This document shows positions 11,766 through 22,503 of a stretch of DNA of 64,000 nucleotides, in pieces. Numbering within the stretch: position 1 is the stretch's first letter; every line of letters begins with the position of its first letter. Where the stretch lies: positions 434,001 to 498,000 of the forward strand of contig CDMY01000275.1 of assembly GCA_001179505.1 (NCBI GenBank). Direction: 5' to 3'. The translations under genes and the position numbers were made by a program. This stretch comes from Vitrella brassicaformis CCMP3155 (lineage: Eukaryota; Protista; Chromerida). Under the pieces are notes generated by a model. It ran no database searches. It worked only from the letters and a program-made list of their open reading frames with translations, and had not been told where the DNA came from.

Positions 11766-12665
11766 AATGGATGGATGGATGGACCAACGAGACCGTGTGT
11801 GTACGTATGTGTGGTTTTAACTAACGCGGCTGTGGAAGTTTGTATGGCGTGTGCAAGAGAAAACTCACTCACTGGATTTGTTGCAATTGCATTGCACGCG
11901 CCATGCAGACAGACACGCAAGCCGTCACAGTCATTCACTCACCCACCCGCCATTCATACACTCACTCCCACACGCGCCAGTTACAAGACACGCCATACTC
12001 ACACGCACACCCGCCATGCTCTCATTCAGTGCGGCCAAGCACCCGCCACACGCTGAGTCCGCCCGCCTTTCAGACTGCACGACCAACTGCCACCCAGTCA
12101 CCTAGTCGCATACATATCCCCCCGACTACGAACCATGGTGGACCTGAGGGAAAGAGACCTGAGGGAAAGAGACACACACACACACAAGAACACAAGAACA
12201 CACCCGACCGTGCGTTCAGCGGACTGCTCAACTGTTTGATAGCGTGTACGTACGTACGTACCTACTGAACAATGAATGATGAATGAGCACGTGAAGGTGG
12301 GTGTTTGCGGTGGATGGATGCACGGAGCCAGACGGATGGGATGAGTGGACCAACAAGACAAGACCCTGTGTGTCTGATTTTAACGCGCCTCTGGAGGTTT
12401 CTTTGTGACCAAAACACGCGAGCCATCACCGTCAGTCACTCCCACAGACGCCAGTTATACTATACACACACGCCATGCTCACTCATTCAGTCCGCCCGAC
12501 CACCAACACGCGCAGTCCACCCGCGCCCCAGCCCTATCAGACCAATCAGACGAATCTCGCTCAGGGCATCCTATGCATCTCATTTGGTATCCCACATCCG
12601 ACACTGCCATCGGTGGGCTCGTGGCCCTACACACACACGTGTTCAGGCTGAGGGAAAGAGACACG
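11766..12665. repeat. Degenerate non-coding tandem duplication, roughly 500-570 bp per unit
   Basis: Co-linear blocks GGACCAAC(G/A)AGAC..TTAAC..GCG..TGGA(A/G)GTTT, CACTCCCACA..GCCAGTTA..GCCATGCTC..CATTCAGT and CTGAGGGAAAGAGAC occur at about 11780-12175 and again at about 12345-12662. Confidence 0.6.
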
Positions 12666-14700
12666 ACCCATCCCCATGTGTGTACTGCTTGCCTGTGTCA
12701 CGTATTTGGTAGTTATGGTCGTTCGGTAGTGGCCTGACCATGCATACACACATTCAAGGGAAGACACGTGCAATGCGGTGCAGTGGGTGAGGCGACTGAC
12801 GGTGCTGAGCACCGAATCGTCTTGGGGAGTGGTGCCCATTGCTGTGGCCTCCAGGTGATCGTCCTGTTCGACGTAGGCCGCCGCCACCTCCTGTGCCCTC
12901 GCGATCGCCTCGTCCAGCTGCCGTGCCTCCCCCTCCGCCTCTCCTTGTGCAAGGAGGTCCTCGAGCGTCTCCTCCAGCCCGGCCACATCGACTGCCTCCT
13001 CGACCTCGAGAGGCAGCCACGGCGCGAAGCGACCTGGCCCCAGTGCTATGTCAGCTGGGGGAGTCTTGATCGTCTGATGGATGATGGCGCTGCACCTGAG
13101 GTCGATCTTCCAGTCCAGCCGCTCCTCGTAGCCCCTCCACTGCGTGTGCACACACGGATGGACAGACAGAATGGAGAGAGGCACGTATCGTATACAGGTG
13201 GGGGTGGGGTGAAGGGTGGGAGGATGCGTGGCGGGGATGGTGCTCACCTCCGTCTGCTCGGCCTCGTTCTGACACAAACACACACAGGTGCACAGCACAC
13301 AGAAACACAGAAGATCGACAGATACTGTAATGGCGGCACGATGGAGCATCTGGGTGCCCCAACCCCTTTACTCTACCACGCGTCTCGACACAGTGGCCCA
13401 CTGCTGGCGCTCCGCGAAGTCGTCGACCTGGTCGTCCTAGGCCGCAGTGATACGCTGCCACTGCGGAGAGCCGCCCTTGTCGGGTGGCACACCTGCAAGC
13501 CCACACAAAACAGCACACGACGTGCAAGCCACCATGTGGCACTGATGTGTTCATCTTACGATCGACAGGTGCTTGAATCGGCGCCGCACGAGGGCCAGAG
13601 ATGCGTCTGGCTTCAGCCCCAACGCCTCGTGCATGTCTGCCTGCATCCTGGTGCGCCGCATGCGCCTCATGAGGCGGAGTTGCGGGAACACCTCATACAG
13701 CAGGGGTGTCGGCAGAGAGAGGGTGAGGTCAACGGGCAGCAGAAAGAGGACGTGTCCGAGAAGATGGACCCGCTGCATCGGCGACAGACCCACACACACA
13801 CACGTGTGGACTCCCTCAGTCCCTCTCTCTCTCTCTCTCTCTGTCTGTGTGTGTGTGTGTGTGTGTCGTGTCTCTTTGCCTCTTTGAAGAATTTGGCGTC
13901 TTTCTTGAACAGTCCGGAGTTGTCCTTCATGGCTGATACGGCGAGAATGCCGCTGCTGCACACACCAGATCGGACCTGAAAAACACCGGCCGATGGACAC
14001 AGACACACACACACACACTCCCTCTGTGGTATCCATGCGCACCTTGCCGATATCAGGGCGGTCGAGGGCGCGTCCATCCTCACTGTCCGACTGCTCAGCC
14101 CTCGAGCCAGTCCCCCTACACCAAGGGAAGCTAAGGAAGCATCGCTGACACACAGAAGTGACAGAACAACATGCATACACTTGTATCAATATTGGTTTTG
14201 GTCTGTTTCATCGAGTCGTACGCGTATCGACGGCAGGCACCCGCCCCGTGAGACACCATACTCTTCCTCCGCCTGATCCTCCCTGCACACCTCATCCATC
14301 GCACCACGAATGCTCGGCTGCTCGCCAATCGAGAGGGACAGAGAAACCACACAGACGCCGCATGAGCCGACACAAACACATACACACACACACACACACA
14401 GGGTGGTCACTCACCTGTGTGTGTAGTGATTTGGCTCCTGCGATGAGTGGGCCGGCTACAGCTACGTGACCATCAGAGGCACCCTCGCGAAAGCCCGACA
14501 ACTCCACGGCCATGGTCTTGCGTGTCATGGGAGAGAGAGCGCCGCTCAGAGCGGGTGAGCTGGTGCTGGTGTCTGGGTGTGGATGAGGCTGCTGGGGTGG
14601 GTCGAGAGGGGGACAGTAGGACGTGACCAGCCCTTTTGGCAGCGGGGGCCGTCCTCTCAACAGCATCTGTGTGCATGTCTTCTCCACTCCACCCATTCCT
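12627..14700 (-). pseudogene. J-domain (DnaJ-type) protein pseudogene; multi-exon; 5' end uncertain
   Basis: DMHEALGLKPDASLALVRRRFKHLSI|VCHP, then a 1-nt deletion at 13482-13483, then DKGGSPQWQRITAA*DDQ (TAG at 13437-13439). Downstream exons stay open in the shifted frame. Confidence 0.7.
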
Positions 14701-15558
14701 AAACACAAGGAGCCCTGAGTGAGCCCATGGAAAACAAGAACACACGTGGCAGATTCTGGGAGGTATTGGTTACTCTTACTATGCTCTTATCACGGCGTTG
14801 TTTGGGCGTTGCGAAGGCCTTGCTAAACTCCAGAGGGTCACCCTGTGCAAAGACGACAGACAGCAGAGTCCACTGATGTGCGCGAGCACTGCAGCTTAGC
14901 CATCACATGAAGTGCATACCAGCCAGTCACATGCGACTCTGGTGGCGGTGAGCTGGAGAAGGGAAGTGATGTTGAGGTAGTCCGCCGCCTGCAATACGTG
15001 CAGGACACCAAACATGTATGATCTTTGTGCTCTCTCCGTCGGCGTGCGTCCATATTTGTGTGGCCTCCCGCACGTAAGTACCTCCATCATGTCCAAGAGT
15101 GTCTGCCGGTCCATGAGCGTGATGAAGATGCCATCCCATCTGTCCGACACAGCCTTACAAACAACACCACACAACGAATGAGCCAGGCCACTCCATAGGC
15201 TCATCCTCATCCCTCTGACTTTCTGGACTCGGTGCGACTGGACAGCTTTGGGCATTGCACTGGAAGGCTCCCGCGTGTCGTTGCTGTGGTGCTCACAATA
15301 CGCAAACACCCACGACAGAACATCCTTGCTAAAGATCTTCAACGGCACCGCTTCATGGGAGTCTGCGAGGGCCACATACACGATCTACCATTGGCAAGGG
15401 TGGGATCTTTGTCCACTTGGCGGACCTCCTTCCGACATGTCTGCGATAACGTCCGACATCTGACGAGCTGCATCGCGATGCACGCACAGCAGGCCATCTT
15501 TCGCTACAATCGTAAGGAGGCGCCTTTCCTCAACACCGTCCACCACTGAACCATCCAT
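14699..15558 (-). CDS. Divergent SKP1-like protein
   Basis: LTIVAKDG..DAARQMSDVIADM, VPLKIFSKDVLSWVFAYCEHH, DRWDGIFITLMDRQTLLDMME|AADYLNITSLLQLTATRVA follow SKP1 POZ and dimerisation motifs. The C-terminal exon is uncertain. Confidence 0.75.
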
Positions 15559-15921
15559 CACGCACGGGACCAAACCTCCTCACCAACCAGGTAAATTTAA
15601 TCGGCCGCGAGGCTGCCTGCCCAATCCAGAATGGTCCATCTGAGAATATCTTTCATCGGTCCGCTCTTTCACAGAGGGGTGCTTCATCGTCTTGCGGTCA
15701 TTTTGTGCCATGAATGGTCTTTGGGAGGTGACGCGGTTATCCGACCCGTTTTTGACTGCGTACAGAACTCAGCTGGCTCACATACACAACTGACCCGTTT
15801 ATGCGGTGACCCACTTACGCGGACTGGACTGTAGGCCTCCCGCGGGACTTTGATTCTTTGATTCTCGGCATGGAGAGAACAGCGTGACATTAACATACTT
15901 GCAGTCCACGCCCGATCCGGC

Positions 15922-18018
15922 TCACTGTCTACTACTACCGGCACTGCTAGTTCTAGACGCCCTCTCCTCCCCCTCCCCCTCCCCCTCCCTCTCCCCGTCC
16001 CCGTCCCCTTCCCCCTCCTCTGCTCGCTTCTCCTCCCGCCTCTCTACCGTCAGCAAGTGCTGCCGCCCATCCACAATCGCACGAAACGCATCATACGACA
16101 TGCCATGAAGTGAGGCCGACCCTTTCCGACCCTCGCTGCTCCGCCTGCGAGACGCCGATATGGCGGATGACGATGAGCTGAGGTGCATGGGGGGCTTGAG
16201 AGACGTGCCTCTCGACTGCATCAAACAAGCACGCACAGCACTGCTTCAGAGAGACATGGGATCTCAAGTGCAGACTTCACCTGTAGTACGAGTCTGTTGG
16301 CAAAGGTGATGACACTGATTGCCGTGGCCATTGAGAGGGTGTGTGGGTGGTCGAGGGAGCCGTTCGCAAACTTGGTCAAGTGGCTGAAGTATGTGCGGAA
16401 GTCGATATCGTTGGCTGGGGGACGGGAATCTTCAGCAGCCGATTGTATGCCATCGGTTGCTGGTGCAGGGGTGGCAGGGGCGGGGGATGAGAGTACGGTG
16501 AAGAGCTCATGCATGAACTTGTCCTCCAAATCGTTCACTTCCTGCAGACAGACAAAGAGGCAGGTTGAAAAGTGTCGACCGCGAGCCACCATGTCCTTGT
16601 TCACCTTGTATCGCTTCTGCTCATAGTTGTGGAGCTTCCTGTTGATGACTTCCCTGGCGTGAGCTGACAAAGGCGGCTGTGGTGGCGGCTTCGGAGGCTC
16701 CTCAAATGCCTCGGGCGGCAGAGACAGCTGGGGGCCAGCCAACGGGCCGTGACCTGCATCGATCGACGGAGACACACATTGAAAAAACTGCGAGACATGT
16801 CGGTGTGTCGTCCTACCTACCTACCAGATGAGGCGTCCGATCGTACGCTGTCTTTTCGGATGGCAGGCTGCCGCTCGGACCTCAGAGGCGACTGGTACTG
16901 CATGACTGATCCCCTCCGGCTTTTGCCGGATGAGTGGCTCGTGTGTCTTGAGTAGGTGGGCATCCCCAGGTCAGGAGCTGCGGCGAGCACACTGCCGCGC
17001 CTCCTCTGGCCATTGCCAACCGGATTCTCGCCGCTGAAGGACAATTGCACGCATGGATGACTTACAAGGGCTTGTGAAGACAGACAAGTGTGTGTGTGGT
17101 TTGGTGTGTGGTAGACGGACGTACACGCCTTTGATGAAGGCATCGATCCTATAGAAGAGGTCATCAAGCGATTGCTGCAGTCAGCAAGGCCACACATGCC
17201 AACACCAAATGTACGTCACATTCCCATGATAATCAGTAATCCGCTTCTATTAGCGCTCACTCACTGCCGCGAGCAACTCGATGTTTGCGCCCTCGTCTGC
17301 AGCAGGAGGGCGACACGACAAGTCACGCATACATGAGTACCACCAGTTTTTGAGCCTGCGAATGCCTCTCACCTTTGTCGGCCTCCCCCGCCTCGGCCTG
17401 TTTGAGGTGTCTCTGCCTCCATAGCAGCTCACCAGGTGTGTGGGAACCAACTAATCCACTGCCCTGACGCCAACACAGAAACGGAAGCGAGACACAACCA
17501 TCCAACACTGTCAGTCTGTATGGAGGTCTTTCTTTCCCTTTCCCTACCACGAACTTGTGGACGTCGTCTATGGTGAGCGTCCCATCGCCGTCCCAATCCA
17601 TCTGCAGGTGGAGGCACAACAGGGACAGGCAGCAGAATGAACCCCACCGAATCCCCGTGCCTGGCTGGCGTCGTCTCCCTCTTCCTTTTACATAGTGCAG
17701 GAGGTCCTTGAGCTGCGTGAGGGATATGTTCTTGGTGTTGCAGAGGTCGCGCAACCACCGTTTGAGGTTCCGAGGGCTCAGTCGCCCCAGGTGATCTGTG
17801 CAAACGGAGAACATGCAGGAGATATAATGCATGAGTTGTGGGTGCCTGGGTCTGTCTGTGCCCTTTTTTCTGGGTTGCCGACCCAGAAGGAATGAGACGC
17901 CGAGCTCACACTCGGCAGGGGTCAGCTTGACGAAGGCAAGAGGCACCGCATCCGGCCCTCCATCCTCACCAGCGGCAGCGGGCTGAGCCCCTTTCTCGGT
18001 TGGACTCTCACTTCCCAT
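15922..18018 (-). CDS. Hypothetical multi-exon protein with one EF-hand and an acidic Glu/Gly tail
   Basis: Canonical EF loop DWDGDGTLTIDD near 17565-17600, further helical exons (REVINRKLHNYEQKRYK, FRTYFSHLTKF), and tail EEGEGDGDGEREGEGEGEE..RQ*. Start codon uncertain. Confidence 0.6.
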
Positions 18019-18335
18019 CCGACGCACCTGTCCTGTTTTCGGGTAGCAAGCAGCAAGCAGAGCGAAAAGGTTCCGAAAGGAAGGTGCGCGAGCTTGAGAG
18101 TGGCGAGCTGAGGAGAGAAGGAAGGGTGTTTTGAGGTCTTTTTTGATGAGTTTTAATCACTTTTGCATAGGCAAGACAAGCGTAGGCGGCCGAAGCCATG
18201 ATCTGGGTCGAACAAGCATCGATCTGTAACGGCTGCGAGAGATTCTCGCCAGCGACGTCTGGCTTCGTCCAGCAGCTTGGGGAAGGCAGAGAGGATGAGG
18301 GATGAGGAGGGCACGCTGGCCGCTGCTGACCCCGA

Positions 18336-19884
18336 ATGACATCTCGTCACCCCAAAGCAGAAGCGCCAATTTCTCCTGCGCCTCCCAGCCCTGTCCTCAC
18401 GCCCAGAATCGACAGAGAGGATGAATTCTCGAGGTCAGCGAGGGAAGAGAGAGGGCACATACTCTTGGGGCAGCTGTGAGTGTTGTGGGGACGAAGAATG
18501 CTCACATCGTCCCCTTGTGTGTTGTGCGTGTATGTGCTCTGTGCAGGGCAGCGGTGGTGGAGGCTGGAGGCGAGCGCACGTTAGCATTCCCCAAATCTCC
18601 CTCCCCTCCTGGTGAGAGAAAGAGAGAAAGAGGCACTGCACCCACCTTTGCGAAGCCCTGCCTGGATGACACCACACAACACGACAATCACCCACGTATT
18701 GGAGATTGTCTGCCTGTATGTGGTTCTTGGTGCGTATAGATCCGTTGCCGTCGCCTCCGGCCCCCCCGCAGATCAAGTATCGTGTGCGGGCGTCGGGCGC
18801 ACCCCCTATGCTCGGGCTGAGAGAGAGTGGTGCTGGTGCAGCCGACACGATCCCGCCCCCCCGCGCCCGACACCCCTCTCCCGGCCCCAGCCCTTCCCCA
18901 CCTCGCTCCCTCAGGCCCTCCTCTGCCGTAGCGAAATCCGTACGATGGAGGGACCAGGTCGGCGGGGACGCTGCGACGCCCTATAACATGTCGGCCGACT
19001 TGATAGCCATCCAGTCAGACACCGGCTCCGACAGGGCCACCGAGCACTGCCCCTGCTGCCAGTCGTGTGCTGATGTGGTCCTGCCCAAGACGGCCGACAA
19101 GGCGGTGCAGTCGCCCTTGCCCAAGCAGGTGCTGCCGCCGCCGCCGCCCCGGGCCGGCCGCTATATGGCCTACCAGCATCGGTCGAGGGACGGGGGAGTG
19201 TTCGACTTCGATATTGACGACATATGCGACATTGTCGAGGGCGACGCGGCCACGCCACACCAGCCCTTTCTCGACGTCCCCGCTCGCTTCGTGGAGCTTG
19301 AGTCAGACGCGAGCAACTTCGCCCCCATCCCACCCCACCTGCCGCCCGGCGACTCCCCCCGCCCACCGGAGTCCGTCATCGCCACGACCAACGTCTTCAC
19401 CCTCACCGTCGACGACATTCTCAACATCACGGCCGTCACACCACCGCAGTCACGGCCGGGATCCGACCGGTCCTCGCCCCCGCCATCCGAGGGCGGGGCG
19501 GTCTCGCCCGACGAGTATGACGACAAGATCGACCCTGAGGATGACGAGATGACCACCGCCCCCGCCCGCACACCCGTCACGCCTGAGGGCCAGCTGCAAC
19601 CCACGCCAGCGTCCCATCGTCGGCTGGGCACTGACACGTCCGGGGTGCGGTTCCCCGGGTCGCCAGGGTCGCATTACGCGCCGGTGGAGAGCGAGAGCCC
19701 TCTTACGCAGGGCAGGTCGGCGGTGATGCTGCGGGTGGGCAATTTTTGTTTCGGGCTGGAGGATGTGATTGACATGGTGGAGGGGCAGGGCGGGGAGCCG
19801 CTGAGGGAGACGGTCAGGCGCGATACGGGCGAGTCGATGGTGCAGTACCTGCCGGATGACCTGTTCAGGCAGCTGTGGCCGTGA
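18336..19884 (+). CDS. Pro/Ser-rich, mostly disordered hypothetical protein with three copies of an acidic-hydrophobic motif
   Basis: Two short exons splice in phase into ORF 18706-19884. C/G-ending codons dominate, as in neighbouring genes. Confidence 0.6.
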
Positions 19885-21868
19885 CGTGATGCTGTGTGTG
19901 CGCGTGCGTGTGTGTGCGTGACAGAGAGAGAGAGAGATCAGATGGTATGATTTAAGCCTCGTGTGTGTGAGGTTTTGCTTCGGTCTGTGTCGGCTTATGC
20001 TAGCATGTGTTGTGATGTGGAGTAGTGGGTCGTGGTTTTGGGCGGAGTAGTACAGAGCTAGGCTAGGCTTGCGCCTCCACGCATACCTACCACCGACCCC
20101 TCCCTCATGGGATGAATGACAGCGAGCGGTGAAGAGGAGAGGAGAGGAGAGAGAGGGCAGAGAGAATTCAATCACATCAATCGATCACGCGCATATACAT
20201 GCATTCGTTTATTGGTCGTGGCACGTTGCGTTGCGTGTCTGCGTGTCCGTGTGGAGTGGATGCACTGCACGAATCCGATCCACATTATATATACGTGTCT
20301 GTGTCTTGTCTGAGTGCTGCATTGCAATGCATTGATTGATTGCACGGTGATAATACTCTGTTATCACCCAATTATGTATACATATTTATCTATCTGGCTA
20401 CTCACTCACCTCACCCCCTCCCTGACTCCCTGACTGACTGACTGACTGACTTTCTTGTCTGCGGTGTGAGAATGCAATGCGTTGAGCAAGGCATTCATTC
20501 ATTCGGCGATCGATCCGTACAGTACACACAAAGTGCAAAGGCATGTATGCGTACGTACGTATGTTATGGGGACACCCACGCCACGCCACCCAGCCCAGCC
20601 GACCACCCCCACTCCAGCTCCCTCCCCCGACCCCCCACACCACCCCAACCCGTCCATCAATCACAGCCGTCACGTCACATCACATCCATCCCACTCACTG
20701 CTTTGTGTCTGTTTGTCTGTCTGTCTGACGTGTGTGGGTTTTGCGTCTTGATGATGGTGATGCTGTGACGTGTTCCTTGCACACTCACACACACATATAC
20801 ACACACACCATGATGCGATGCAATGCGTGTAGTGTGTGTATGTGTGCCTGTGTTGCCTGCTTGGTTGGGTTGGTTGTGTCATTGGTTGCGTGCTGAATGC
20901 GGCGCGCTGGGTTGGGTTGGGTGAGAGAAAGGCCTTGAGGCGTGCCGTGCGATGCGTGTCACTCACTCACTTGCATGTGATGTGCATTGCTTGGCTTGTA
21001 TGGCATGGAAATGTAATGTGCCTGTCGGTTGCCATCTCAGTCAGCATGGATGGACACCACGCGCAGCCAGCCCCTAATTTTGGGTGGGCGCTCCGCGGCT
21101 TTCCATCCATCCATCCATCCATCCATCCACACCCACCCACTTACTTATTCAGTCCATGCCATGCACACACACATCATAGCATTATAGAGACAGACAACCC
21201 TGACTGACATGTATGCCTCGCCGCCGTCACATCTCTCATTTACTTACTGACTTGCTCTCTCTTTCTCTCTCTCTCTCCCCCTCGTCACTCACTCGTTCGG
21301 CGCGTTTTGTCCATGTCTGTCACTCATGTGCACACAGAACAGAACACATCAGCTGTACACACACACACACACACGTGTCGTGTACGGTACGCATTTATAC
21401 GACAATTAAGATGACTTCAGTCAGCGCGCCGGATGGGATGGGATGGGACAAACAGACAGACAGGCAGACAGACAGACAGACTGTGGGGTTGGACAGACAG
21501 GTCAGGTATGGATGGCCCCAAAGCGGGGCAGTCAGTGCATTCATTCATGTGTGTGACGCTGATCGACTGCCTGGTAAGATAAGGTCTCTCTGATGTATGT
21601 AAGTAAGGCTTTTGTAAGCAAAGCAGGCCATGCAGAGAGAGACAGACAGACAGACAGACCGACAGAAATGTGCGTGGATGGATGGATGGACGGACAGATG
21701 GATGAGTGCGTGTCTCAATCAACGGATGCTTGGCCGCCGCATGATTTGCTGACGCATCCATCCCTGCATTGACCGATTGTCTCAGATGGACGGACACCGC
21801 AAGCCACCTGCCGCCGCCTTTGGCAGCTCCGCACACGACTCGGCAACCACCTGCACACCCCCACCCAC

Positions 21869-22168
21869 NNNNNNNNNNNNNNNNNNNNNNNNNNNNNNNN
21901 NNNNNNNNNNNNNNNNNNNNNNNNNNNNNNNNNNNNNNNNNNNNNNNNNNNNNNNNNNNNNNNNNNNNNNNNNNNNNNNNNNNNNNNNNNNNNNNNNNNN
22001 NNNNNNNNNNNNNNNNNNNNNNNNNNNNNNNNNNNNNNNNNNNNNNNNNNNNNNNNNNNNNNNNNNNNNNNNNNNNNNNNNNNNNNNNNNNNNNNNNNNN
22101 NNNNNNNNNNNNNNNNNNNNNNNNNNNNNNNNNNNNNNNNNNNNNNNNNNNNNNNNNNNNNNNNNNNN
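21869..22168. other. Assembly gap (300 N)
   Basis: Run of N flanked by CA/CCCA simple repeats. Confidence 0.99.
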
Positions 22169-22503
22169 ACCCCACCCCGCCACACACACATCCACAAACA
22201 TCGATCTCTTTCCATCGGACGATGGATGGGGAGGGGTCGCGTGCAGCCCACCTTCTTTTCCATGATGGGTGAGGTATGGCAGCAAAGGGGTCGGCTTATG
22301 GAGGAACGATTGATAGAGGCCGGCGGCTTGAGGGAACACGGCCCAGCCCGTTGAGCTTGCACTTTCGAACCCTACACCCTGTTCGAAACCCTTCACCCAT
22401 GCCAACTGCCCGTGGTGCACGAGTGCATCTGCCGTCGTATCTAATCTCGCTCTTGCTGCTTGAGATGCGTCTTTCTTAGTTTCCCGTGCTTTCCCCAGGG
22501 ACG

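Noticed and set aside
13437-13439. Stop-codon readthrough or recoding as an explanation for the in-frame TAG
   Set aside because: An independent frameshift lies about 45 nt upstream, and other genes here use TAG as a normal stop. Pseudogene or assembly error is simpler.
20361-20368. TATCACC similarity to a lambda operator half-site
   Set aside because: A seven-base coincidence; no phage genes or other prokaryotic signal nearby.
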